Of a stretch of 64,000 nucleotides of DNA, positions 36,701-48,462 are shown one piece after another. This DNA is from Macrostomum lignano (lineage: Eukaryota). The notes beneath the pieces are model-generated. The model was not told the origin of the DNA, made no database searches, and worked only from the letters and a program-made list of their open reading frames with translations. The DNA is taken from the NCBI GenBank assembly GCA_002269645.1, contig NIVC01001401.1, positions 72,971-136,970 of the forward strand, written 5' to 3'. The first letter of the stretch is position 1, and each line of letters starts with the position of its first letter. A program made the translations under genes and the position numbers.

Positions 36701-39700
36701 CTAGTCTCTCAAATCTAGCCTCTCAGATCTAGTCTCTCAGATGTAGTCTCTCAGATCTAGTCTTTCATATCAAGTCTCGTAGATTTAGTCTTTATTATCA
36801 AGTCTCACAGATTTAGTCTCCCTTATTTAGTCTAAGATCTATTCTCTCAGATTTAGACTCTCAGCTCTTAGTCTTTAGATCTAGTCTTTCTGATCTAGTC
36901 TCGTTTCCCAGATCTAGTCTCGCATAGTCTTCCTATTCTAGTCTATAGATCCAGTCTCTCTTGTCTCAATTTTTAGATCTATTCTTAAATAATCTAGTGG
37001 CTCAGATTATCAATATTTTCTTAGGGCAAGCTCTCAGCAGCTTCCTTCCCAGTCCCAGTCTCAAACCTCATATGAATTCTCGTCTGAGCCACGCTCTCCG
37101 TGTACATCCGATTGTCCATGACCGACCGATCGTGCTCCAGGTAGACGAACAGGTAAGCCCCTGACAGGGTGTAGCCAATCACCAGCAGGCACAGGCCGAT
37201 GTGCGAGAACAGGAAGGCCACGGAGGTCTTCAGGCAGGAGACGCAGCGACGCCTTCGTCGCTTCCACTTCGACACCTTCGGCCGAGTGGGCGGCTTGCCG
37301 TCGTTCTGCTGCTGCTGCTGCTGATTTTTCTGCTTCTCGGGCGAGTCTGTCGCCTGGTCGGCGGCGGCCTTCTTGCCATCGGTGTCTGCCGCCTCTGCGA
37401 GCGGCGGCAGGGTTTAAGCTGGACTGAAGGGTCACATCTTTTTCTTTCCTTTTTCCGAATCCATTCACGAATCAATTCACGAATCCATTCACGAATCCAT
37501 TCACGAATCCATTCACGAATCCATTCACGAATCAATTCACGAATCCCTTCACGCATCCATTCACGAATCCATTCACGAATCCATTCACGAATCCATTCAC
37601 GAATCCATTCACGAATCCATTCACGAATCCATTCACGAATACATTCACGAATCCATTCACAAATCCATTCACGAATCCATTCACGAATCCATTCACGAAT
37701 CCATTCACGCATCCATTTACGAATCCATTCACGAATCCATTCACGAATCCATTCACGAATCCATTCACGAATCCATTTACGAATCCATTCACGAATCCAT
37801 TTACGAATCCATTTACGAATCCATTCACGAATCCATTTATGAATCCATTCACGAATCCATTCACGAATCCATTCACGAATCCATTCACGAATCCATTCAC
37901 GAATCCATTTATGAATCCATTCACGAATCCATTTATGAATCCATTCACGAATCCATTCACGAATCCATTCACGAATCCATTCACGAATCCATTTACGAAT
38001 CTCTTCTTGAATCTCGATTTATCTTCACATCCTTCATCCCTCCCTTCAACTCCCTGTCAATCTGACTCTCACTGTCATCTTCAGTCTCCGCCGCAGCCGC
38101 AGACGTCACCCCGCCGCCGGCGGCCAGTGGCGCCAGCAGCAGCTTCGTCTGCGCATCCTGACGCCTCGTTCGCACCGGCCTTTCCGGCGGCGAACCCGCA
38201 GCAGCAGCAGCTGCGGCAGCGGCTGACGCAGGCAAATTGTCGTAGTTGGACGTTCGCTGGCCGGCCGTCGCTCGCAGCTCCTCGATGTCGTCTTCGCTCT
38301 GCATCGCGTCGCTGTAGGTTGTGAAGGCGCTGAATGGGCGAGGCCGGTAATGCAGATTTCTCAGGACCAGAGCCTGGCACTCGCGTTCGGTGAGCAGGCC
38401 GCCTGTCAGGTTGTCGTCCTCGATGCCCTTCAACGCGGCCCCGACTGGCTCTGCACGGTCGGTGTGCAGAGACAAAGGAAAAGTGCATCCGTGTAGAGGA
38501 TAACGGAGATGGCTAATATATGAAGCGAAGCAGGACTGCATGATCGCTGGTTTATTGGCGGGCAACCCGTGTGGTCTACTTGAGGGACGGCCCCAGCCAA
38601 GGACACCCAGAACCAGAATTTGGAGTAGAAACTTTTCTCCCAGATCTTCTGTCGAATCCCGGTCTCGTTCCCGATCCCGATCCCGATCCCGATCCCGATC
38701 CCGATCCCGATCCCGATCCCGATCCCGATCCCGATCCCGATCCCGATCCCGATCCCTTGGGATAAAGGGATACCAGTTTCATTTAGTGTCAAAGAACTGG
38801 CCTGGAAAGAAGAGTTGCCACTCCAAATTCTAGTTTTTCGGTCTCCTTGGCCCAGCTAAGGGGATAATATCTTAGCGCGACCCCGGGATGGACTGTCGGA
38901 TGGGATGCCGCAAAAGTTAACAACTTTTGGCGAATCTGCTTTACTGAAGCACTGAAGCAGACAAGACAGGCAAAGCAGTTAAAATTGTTAGTAGGGGGCA
39001 AAACTTCCGCATTTCTGCTCTCCGCGTCCAGAAACAGTGCTGTGAGCCCAAGCAGGGTGGCAGCAGCGGTGCAGATTGGTTTGACCAGTTTGCGCTTGGA
39101 CAGACCCCAGCATGTGGTCGGAGCCTGGACCATCTAAGCTAGGCTTGGGTCTGAAGATATATCCATGATTTAACATTACCTATCATCAAAGGCTATTCAT
39201 GGAGATCTACAACTAGTAGAATATCTGGAGTGGAAACTGACATCCCTAAAGCAGATTCTAGATCCGTTTGGAATAGCGTAGTTGAAAATCAGCTTATTCC
39301 ATTGGCGTCATGCACAAACGCAGTTAGTTTAGTTTCGTTTATAGTTTATCATATTTGTTTATTAATTCCTCTTTATCACCTTTGGCGGCCAAAAAAACGT
39401 TTAAATTTTTTAATTGCTACGAACCGACGACATTTGCTGATGAAAACTTGAGGGTCTCCATTGAGCGATCAGCTGTGCCAATCAAACCTAAGTGTCACGG
39501 TGACTCTAGTGTTCACTTTTGTACCCGCAGATAGTTCTGTTCTGCGCATATACTTCTGAGAGCCAATTAAAACTAAAATAAAAGTTGGGGAACACTTTCA
39601 AAGTTGCTTTTGAACTACTTAAAGTAGCTTAAGAATTCAGCTACCTCTATGTATAAATATATAGTCTATGGTCGGCTCCGTGAGAGCTGGGGAAGAGAAT

Positions 39701-40587
39701 GGGGACAGGGAGAGAGACTGGGGATGAGCTGGCACGGTCGCTGGAATCCATAGTCTATGGTCGGCTCCGTGAGAGCTGGGGAAGAGAATGGGGACAGGGA
39801 GAGAGACTGGGGATGAGCTGGCACGGTCGCTGGAATCCATAGTCTATGGTCGGCTCCGTGAGAGCTGGGGAAGAGAATGGGGACAGGGAGAGAGACTGCG
39901 GATGAGCTGGCACAATCGCTGGAATCCAGTCTATGGTCGGCTCCGTGAGGGCTGGGGGAGAATGGGGACAGGGAGAGAGACTGGGGATGAGCTGGCACAG
40001 TCGCTGGAATCCAGTCTATGGAGTAACAATGGTGAGCCTCCCATAGCTACGCAAAAGTGAGTTCTGTCACCTTCAGCTGCACTCGGATTCGCCAGAGAAT
40101 TCACGCCGCTTCTACACCCATCGGAGACGCCGTTTTGCGTCGGACCGCCGCCGCCTGACGCAGCGGCAACCAGCAGGGCGGCGGCGTCTGAGCCCGTAGC
40201 CGCTGCCGCCGCTGCCGCAGCCCCCTCGTCTTCTTCATCGTCGTGCGCGATCGGCGCTTTCGTTTCTAGCGAGTGCAGCCCGACTGTGGCCGCGGCGGTG
40301 GTCGCCACCGCTGCAGCTAGGAAGCTGTGCTGCTGCTGATGATGTTGCTGCTGATGTCTCTGATCTTTGCGTCGGTGCTTGGACTCGCCCCGTCTACTCC
40401 GACGACCGGAAGCAGCGGCGTCTCGATGCGGCTTAGCCGCCGGGGTCGCCGACGTTTCTGCGAGGGTCACCGACGTCATTGCCATTGCTGTGGCGGCCTC
40501 GGCACCACGGGCGCGCCGCTTTGCTTCCGCGTCCGCCTTTCGACTGTTGTCGGCGTCGTTTTTCGCGGCGCTGTCGCTTGTTACCAT
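30759..40587 (-). CDS. KCNK: Two-pore-domain (K2P/TWK, KCNK18-like) potassium channel, ~990 aa
   Basis: Exons 40587-40071, 38450-38073, 37394-37067 (M1 [24 protein letters not shown]), 35901-35509, 35064-34622 (P1 [17 protein letters not shown]), 31678-30759 (GYGHVAP, M2, M3, P2 [13 protein letters not shown]4, stop). Total 2979 nt, in frame. The two 5' exons are less certain than the core. Confidence 0.9.
31815..32258. repeat. 31-bp minisatellite CAGTGTCCTTGAATCTGCCTCTCCGCTCCCT in K2P intron
   Basis: About 14 copies. Confidence 0.95.
33643..33819 (-). mobile_element. tRNA-derived SINE with CORE-like central motif, in K2P intron
   Basis: Minus strand reads CTAGGGGTGAGCGTCGGACTCACGACTGAAAGGTCGGGGGTTCGATTCTCG (B-box) followed by TGTGTCCTTGAGCAAGACATT; flanked by ATAGATGC on both sides. 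Confidence 0.6.
34148..34560. repeat. 30-bp minisatellite GAGTGGAGAGACTAGATCACAGAGTCAGAA in K2P intron
   Basis: About 13 degenerate copies. Confidence 0.9.
35328..35472. repeat. Degenerate TTAGGG-like hexamer repeat in K2P intron
   Basis: TTAGGG/TTAGGT/TTTAGG units. Confidence 0.75.
35928..36105. repeat. 22-bp minisatellite ATATGAGTAATCTACAAGCTAT
   Basis: About 8 copies. Confidence 0.9.
36622..36960. repeat. 14-bp minisatellite TCTCAGATCTAGTC
   Basis: Degenerate tandem copies. Confidence 0.85.
37456..38000. repeat. 12-bp minisatellite ATCCATTCACGA in K2P intron
   Basis: About 45 copies. Confidence 0.96.
38689..38756. repeat. (CCCGAT)n hexamer repeat
   Basis: About 11 perfect copies. Confidence 0.95.
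39661..40021 (-). repeat. ~89-bp repeat x4 derived from the coe acceptor and HLH exon, in K2P intron 1
   Basis: Unit nearly identical to 54721-54960; minus strand encodes [13 protein letters not shown]. Confidence 0.93.
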
Positions 40588-41064
40588 GGTAACTGGCGGG
40601 CTGCGCGCAGGGTAAGGATGTAAGTCGGTGGAGGAAACTATCAATACACGTTTCTTCATTACAAACACACTACTTTCAGTAAAGGTTGAAGAAAATGAAA
40701 GCGCGGAGAATTAATAATCTAGAAGAGAAGGCATCAAGGTGAGCGAGCAGCTGATGAAGAAGTCCTGTTTACATTCATTTTCGAACATTGCAGATTTGGT
40801 ACCAGCTATGAATAATTGGTAATCTCGTTAACTTGTAAATTCCATGCACTTTCATTTTCTATCGAACACGAATATCCAAGTCCGATGGAAAGAGTGTTCT
40901 TAGTCCTACCCCAGTTAACACAGAAGGCACTTTATATTGTCGCGAAGACTGCCTTTGCAGTTCTTCACTGTCGCGTTCTTGTAAAAGCATTCTCCATAGG
41001 GTTGGGATCAGGATCAAGAACAGGGGTTGGGTTCGAGATTGGGATCAGGATCAGGACCTGAACT

Positions 41065-41800
41065 AGGGATTCAAGATCGGGATCTAAGCTCGGGATTCAA
41101 GATCGGAATCTAAGCTCAGGATTCAAGATCGGGATCTAAGCTCGGGATTCAAGATCGGGATCTAAGCTAGGGATTCAAGATCGGGATCTAAGCTAGGGAT
41201 TCAAGATCGGGATCTAAGCTCGGGATTCAAGATCGGGATCTAAGCTAGGGATTCAAGATCGGGATCTAAGCTAGGGATTCAAGATCGGGATCTAAGCTCG
41301 GGATTCAAGATCGGGATCTAAGCTCGGAATTCAAGATCGGGATCTAAGCTCGGGATTCAAGTTCGGGATCTAAGCTCGAGATTCAAGTTCGGGATCTTGG
41401 CTCGGGATTCAAGATCGGGATCTAAGCTCGGGATTCAAGATCGGGATCTAAGCTCGGGATTCAAGATCGGGATCTAAGCTCGGGATTCAAGATCGGGATC
41501 TAAGCTCGGAATTCAAGATCGGGATCTAAGCTCGGGATTCAAGTTCGGGATCTAAGCTCGAGATTCAAGTTCGGGATCTTGGCTCGGGATTCAAGATCGG
41601 GATCTAAGCTAGGGATTCAAGATCGGGATCTAAGCTCGGGATTCAAGATCGGGATCTAAGCTAGGGATTCAAGATCGGGATCTAAGCTAGGGATTCAAGA
41701 TCGGGATCTAAGCTCGGGATTCAAGATCGGGATCTAAGCTCGGGATTCAAGATCGGGATCTAAGCTCGGGATTCAAGATCGGGATCTAAGCTAGGGATTC
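41065..41800. repeat. 26-bp minisatellite CTCGGGATTCAAGATCGGGATCTAAG
   Basis: About 28 copies. Confidence 0.96.
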
Positions 41801-42254
41801 TAAAGAAGACGGGCAAAGTTTCAATGCCTGAGTCAGTGCAGCAAACAGCCGGTGCAAGTCGGCAGTCAGACTCGATCAAAATCAGCGGCCGCTTACCCCC
41901 AGTTACAATGGAAGGCGTAGGGCCTGTCAGAATGCGCGTGTTTTCCCAAAAATCGATCCAGGAAATCTCTGGGCAAGCCTGACAAATAGCCGGCTTGCAG
42001 CGGGAATAATGCCTTATATACACTGCCTCCTTGATGGGGATTTTTCTCCCCCCCCCATCAGCCCCCCGATCCTCGCCGGCTCGCCAAATTTGCCCCATTC
42101 GCCCCGTGCGATTCGTTCCAAGAGAATAAAAGCCTATCCGAGTGGCTTATCATCTGGGATGTTGCTCTCGTCAGCCCTTGGCTAAAATGAATATCATCTG
42201 CTTTCCACTTGATGACTGCTGTGCTGTTCATTCCGGTCTTGTAGAAACTCTGTT

Positions 42255-43440
42255 TCATTCTGTTTCTGCATCATCCTGTTTCTGTATCATCCTGTTTCTG
42301 TATCATCCTGTTTCTGCATCATCCTGTTTCTGTATCATCCTGTTTCTCTATCATCCTGTTTCTGTATCATCCTGTTTCTCTATCATCCTGTTTCTGTATC
42401 ATCCTGTTTCTGTATCATCCTGTTTCTGTATCATCCTGTTTCTGCTTCATCCTGTTTCTGCATCATCCTGTTTCTGTATCATCCTGTTTCTGTATCATCC
42501 TGTTTCTGTTTCATCCTGTTTCTGTATCATCCTGTTTCTGTATCATCCTGTTTCTGTATCATCCTGTTTCTGTATCATCCTGTTTCTGTATCATCCTGTT
42601 TCTGTATCATCCGGTTTCTGTATCATCCTGTTTCTGTATCATCCGGTTTCTGTATCATCCTGTTTCTGTATCATCCTGTTTCTGTATCATCCTGTTTCTG
42701 TATCATCCTGTTTCTGCATCATCCTGTTTCTGTATCATCCTGTTTCTGTATCATCGTGTTTCTGTATCATCGTGTTTCTGTATCATCCTGTTTCTGTATC
42801 ATCCGGTTTCTGTATCATCCTGTTTCTGTATCATCCTGTTTCTGTATCATCCTGTTTCTGCATCCTGTTTCTGTATCATCCTGTTTCTGCATCATCCTGT
42901 TTCTGCATCCTGTTTCTGTATCATCCTGTTTCTGCATCATCCTGTTTCTGCATCCGGTTTCTGTATCATCCTGTTTCTGCATCATCCTGTTTCTGTATCA
43001 TCCTGTTTCTGTATCATCCTGTTTCTGTATCATCGTGTTTCTGTATCATCCTGTTTCTGTATCATCGTGTTTCTGTATCATCGTGTTTCTGTATCATCCT
43101 GTTTCTGTATCATCCGGTTTCTGTATCATCCTGTTTCTGTATCATCCTGTTTCATCCTCTATCATCCTGTTTCTGTATCATCCTGTTTCTGTATCATCCT
43201 GTTTCTGTATCATCCTGTTTCTGTATCATCCTGTTTCTGCATCCTGTTTCTGTATCATCCTGTTTCTGCATCATCCTGTTTCTGCATCCTGTTTCTGTAT
43301 CATCCTGTTTCTGCATCATCCTGTTTCTGCATCCTGTTTCTGTATCATCCTGTTTCTGCATCCTGTTTCTGTTTCTGTTTCTGTTTTTGCATACTGTTTC
43401 TGTTGCTGTTTCTGTATCCTGTTTCTGTATCATGTTTCTG
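42255..43440. repeat. Minisatellite of TGTTTCTGTATCATCC-type units (7/9/16 bp)
   Basis: Tandem copies; source of the hydrophobic ORFs at 42142-43613. Confidence 0.95.
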
Positions 43441-43996
43441 TTTCTTTGACAAGGGCGTCTTTCTGTCTTTCTGACAGCCAATCAGACCAGGAGCTGCGGG
43501 ATGACCTCTTGGAAGTGTTGCAGCGCACAGCCGAGTCACATGCACAGTCAAAGACAATCTCTATGAATTCTATTGCGCGAGAGACAACAACCAAAAAACA
43601 GGTTATTCAATAGATGAGACTAAGATAGACCAGGATCTAGAGGATAAAAGTATGAAAAATTGCATGCAGAATAAATTAAATTCTTCCAGTCTCGTCAGCG
43701 CCATTTTTTCCATCTACTTTAATGAGGCCCCCTGCGGGCAGGCCAGTAGGGAACAGGGATGTGGTGGGAAAGGTGGAGGCTGGACGGGAGTCTGGGACCG
43801 GATGATGAACGGCAGCCTTCGGTGTCAGACAGTTGGTGTGTTAGGGTGTGCGCTAGTTTAGAGATCAGGGATCCCCCTGACAACCACTTGGACTGGAGAT
43901 CAAACTCCAGTTTAAAGATGCCAAAGATTTTAAGATGCCAAATGACACAAAATGGAATCAAGTCGGGAACTGATTTTAGAAACTGAATTGCGCGTG

Positions 43997-44324
43997 GGTT
44001 TGGGTTAGATTTAGTTTTCGGTTTATGTTTAGGGTAAGGTTTATGGTAAGGTTTAGGTTTAGGTTTTGGTTTAGGCTTTGGGTTAGGGTTAGGTTTAGGG
44101 TAAGGTTTAAGTTTAGGTTTAGGGTTTGGTTTTGGTTTAGGGTTAGGTTTTGGTTTAGGGTTAGGTTTTGGTTTAGGGTTAGGTTTTGGTTTAGGGTGAA
44201 GTTTTGGTTTAGGTTTAGGTTTAGGTTTAGCTTTAGCTTTAGGGTTAGGTTTAGGTTTAGGTTTAGGTTTAGCGTTAGGTTTAGGGTTAGGTTTTGGGTT
44301 AGGTTTAGGGTTAGTTAGGGTTAG
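43997..44324. repeat. Degenerate TTAGGG-like hexamer repeat
   Basis: GGTTTA/GGGTTA/GGTTTT units. Confidence 0.8.
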
Positions 44325-44700
44325 GACACTTCGCTCTTCTGGCTTCCAGTCCAGGTGACTTACAGTGGTCCCTGTTGGTAGTATAATTTCTCTCTTAAAA
44401 TCGCCTCCATTTACGGGCCCCAGGTGGAAAATCGCCGGCACTGCTTCGCCTGGGGGTTTGAAGCTAAGAAAAAGAATTTCCACATTTTTATTGCATGGAT
44501 ATTGTGCATTAATCCGTAATTCGAATCACCAAGCGAAACTAAACGCACGCCTTCGGTGCACCTCCGGGGGCGGTTGATGAGGGAAGCTGCAGTTGAAAGC
44601 ATTTTGACGGCCAAAGCTTGACGGTTATCTTTTTCTCTCTCATGTTGCCAATTCTTTCGTTTCTTTCTTTTTCTTTTCCTTTCTGCGTTTGCAGCGGTAT

Positions 44701-46418
44701 TTAGCGGGATTTTCTTAGAATGCGGTTCCACGTTACGATGGGGAGGCTGTTGGAGTGGGTGGAGCAGCCGTCTGCTTCTTCCCTGAGGCCCCGCTTGAAG
44801 CGGAACATACGAGATTTGGCAAACTGTTTCTCGGTGCTAATGAAACGCCGCAACCTGAGTGATCAAAATAGGAATTCAAGCATAGAAGTCTGATGCCAGA
44901 ATTTTGACTGTTGAAACTTGATGGCCGTGCATATATTGAGGTTCCGAAGTCTCATAGTTGAGGTTGCGAAGTCTCATGATTGAGGTTGCGAAGTCTCATA
45001 GTTGAGGTTGCGAAGTCTCATAGTTGAGGTTGCGAAGTCTCATAGTTGAGGTGGTTAAGTCTCATAGTTAAGGTGGTTAAGTCTCATAGTTGAGGTTGTT
45101 AAGTCTCATAGTTAAGGTGGTTAAGTCTCATAGTTGAGGTTGTTAAGTCTCATAGTTAAGGTGGTTAAGTCTCATAGTTGAGGTTGTTAAGTCTCATAGT
45201 TAAGGTGGTTAAGTATCATAGTTAAGGTGGTTAAGTCTCATAGTTGAGGTTGTTAAGTCTCATAGTTAAGGTGGTTAAGTCTCATAGTTAAGGTGGTTAA
45301 GTCTCATAGTTGAGGTTGCGAAGTCTCATAGTTGAGGTTGCGAAGTCTCATGGTTGAGGTGGTTAAGTCTCATAGTTAAGGTGGTTAAGTCTCATAGTTG
45401 AGGTTGTTAAGTCTCATAGTTAAGGTGGTTAAGTCTCATAGTTAAGGTGGTTAAGTCTCATAGTTAAGGTGGTTAAGTCTCATAGTTAAGGTGGTTAAGT
45501 ATCATAGTTAAGGTGGTTAAGTCTCATAGTTGAGGTTGTTAAGTCTCATAGTTAAGGTGGTTAAGTCTCATAGTTCAGGTGGTTAAGTCTCATAGTTCAG
45601 GTGGTTAAGTCTCATAGTTCAGGTGGTTAAGTCTCATAGTTGAGGTTGCGAAGTCTCATAGTTGAGGTTTCGAAGTCTCATGGTTGAGGTGGTTAAGTCT
45701 CATAGTTAAGGTTGCGAAGTGTCATAGTTGAGGTTGCGAAGTGTCATGATTGAGATTCCAAAATATAAATTATGATTAAGGCAATGAAATATCATAATTA
45801 AGATTAAGCTTTTTAAGTCTCATTAATGTTATTGACGTTCGATAAGCTCATGATTTGGGTTGAGGCTTCGAAATCAGACCCAGAGATCTTGGTCCCCACC
45901 CCGCCCCTATCTCCAGCCTCGCACCATGTCCATCTCACGCCTCAGCCTGCCGCCTGTCAGGAACAGAGTAATCATAGACCACTAAAATGGCTGATCAAGT
46001 GGATCCAAGGCCGATGCAGCGGTTTAGAAGGACGAGACAGAGTTCCCTTATTGATTACCTTGCTCACTCCAATCGGTTTTTTCTAGAGCAGCCCTTGTGA
46101 GCAGCGGCAGCGGCAGCACTGGCAGAATAAATTGGTTGTACAGAAAATGACAAACGGAGGCAGCAGGGAAACTGACGGAGAACTTCTCGCTGCTCAGGGC
46201 GAGTTTTGGGAGGTGGGGCTGATGCGAAGTAATTGTGTTTGCCGCCACTTTGCTGCCGGGGAGTGGAACAGTTTAAGGGTGCGCTGTTGAGGAAGAAGGA
46301 TGGATGAGGAAAGGAATCTAATCACCCTTGGTGGGCTGGCGCGGTGGCCGAGTGGACAGTGCTCGCGGTCAAGGAGCGCTGGCATCGGGCAAGCACTGGG
46401 CTCCATGTCTGTGCGCTG
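44701..46418 (-). CDS. Probable uncharacterised protein, 3' exons
   Basis: Exons 46418-46326, 46283-46068 and 44854-44701 join in phase 2 with GT-AG ends and pyrimidine-rich acceptors, giving ...KNRLEELRRFISTEKQFAKSRMFRFKRGLREE...LPIVTWNRILRKSR*. No domain recognised; 5' exons unresolved. Confidence 0.5.
44935..45752. repeat. 22-bp minisatellite AGTCTCATAGTTAAGGTGGTTA
   Basis: About 37 copies. Confidence 0.95.
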
Positions 46419-46447
46419 CTGGCGAAGCACGGAAAGGGGACAGGGAA

Positions 46448-47541
46448 ATTCTGAGATGGGGGAGATTCTTAGATGGGTGAGATTCTGAGATGGGGGAGAT
46501 CTGAGATGGGGGAGATTCTGAGATGGGGGAGATTCTGAGATGGGGGAGATTCTTAGATGGGTGAGATTCTGAGATGGGGGAGATCTGAGATGGGGGAGAT
46601 TCTGAGATGGGGGAGATTCTGAGATGGGGGAGATTCTGAGATGGGGGAGATTCTTAGATGGGGGAGATTCTGAGATGGGAGAGATTCTGAGATGGGAGAG
46701 ATTCTGAGATGGGGGAGATTCTGAGATGGGGGAGATTCTGAGATGGGGGATCGAGATTCTGAGATGGGGGAGATTCTGAGATGGGGGAGATTCTGAGATG
46801 GGGGAGATTCTGAGATGGGGGATCGAGATTCTGAGATGGGGGAGATTCTGAGATGGGGGAGACTCCGAGATGGGAGAGATTCTGAGATGGGGAGAGACTC
46901 CGAGATGGGAGAGATTCTGAGATGGGGGAGATTCTGAGATGGGGGAGATTCTGAGATGGGAGAGACTCCGAGATGGGAGAGATTCTGAGATGGGGAGAGA
47001 CTCCGAGATGGGAGAGATTCTGAGATGGGGAGAGACTCCGAGATGGGAGAGATTCTGAGATAGGGGAGATTCTGAGATGGGGGAGATTCTGAGATGGGGG
47101 AGATTCTGAGATGGGGGATCGAGATTCTGAGATGGGGGAGATTCTGAGATGGGGGAGATTCTGAGATGGGGGAGATTCTGAGATGGGGGAGATTCTGAGA
47201 TTGGGGATCGAGATTCTGAGATGAGGGAGATTCTGAGATGGGGGAGATTCTGAGATGGGGGAGATTCTGAGATGGGGGAGAGTCTGAGATGGGGGAGATT
47301 CTGAGATGGGGGAGATTCTGAGATGGGGGAGATTCTGAGATGGGGGAGATTCTGTAATAAGGGAGATTCTGAGATGGGGGAGATTCTGAGATAAGGGAAA
47401 TTCTGAGATGGGGGAGATTCTGAGATGGGGGAGATTCTGAGATAAGGGAGATTCTGAGATGGGGGAGATTCTGAGATGGGGGAGATTCTGAGATAGGGGA
47501 GATTCTGAGATGGGGGAGATTCTGAGATGGGGGAGATTCTG
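46448..47541. repeat. 17-bp minisatellite GGGAGATTCTGAGATGG
   Basis: About 62 copies. Confidence 0.96.
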
Positions 47542-47967
47542 ATATTTTTGGAACTCCTACCTTGATTGCCAAAAACTGACCAAAAGCTACAATTAGCATG
47601 GATAATTTCACTAATTGTTTCATATCTTTTCAACCCAAGTATACAATACATGTATAAATATGTTTTCCTTCACTCTTTCGTTTAAATTTAAACTAAACAT
47701 TGACGACGTCCTCTTCAGGACAAAAAGTTTCGGCAATTACACTACATGCATGAATGTTGGTTCGAACTTTTCTATTGTCGGAAAAGTAATCACAAACACC
47801 AGTCTGATATCCATCTACTTCAGTAGCAGATGAAAGAAGGCGCTTGCTTCTTCTTTGCTTGTTAAGCAAAATTGACTTCCGTTGTAGCTTGCAACGGGCT
47901 GTCTTGGGGGACAGGATGAAGGGGACATGATATATGAAATAGTGCGATTATAGCCACAGGCCTTCCA

Positions 47968-48462
47968 ACTGCAGCCCGACCTACTACAGCCCGACCCTAC
48001 TACAGCCCGACCCTACTGCAGCCCGACCTACTACAGCCCGACACTACTACAGCCCGACCTACTACAGCCCGACCCTACTACAGCCCGACCCTACTACAGC
48101 CCGACCCTACTACAGCCCGACACTACTACAGCCCGACACTACTACAGCCCGACACTACTACAGCCCGACACTACTACAGCCCGACACTACTACAGCCCGA
48201 CCCTACTACAGCCCGACCCTACTTCAGCCCGACCCTACTACAGCCCGATCCTACTACAGCCCGACCCTACTACAGCCCGACCCTACTACAGCCCGACCCT
48301 ACTACAGCCCGATCCTACTATAGCCCGACCCTACTATAGCCCGACCCTACTACAGCCCGACCCTACTACAGCCCGACCCTACTACAGCCCGACCCTACTA
48401 CAGCCCGACCCTACTACAGCCCGATCCTACTACAGCCCGACCCTACTACAGCCCGACTCTAC
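47968..48462. repeat. 16-bp minisatellite CTACTACAGCCCGACC
   Basis: About 30 copies. Confidence 0.96.
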
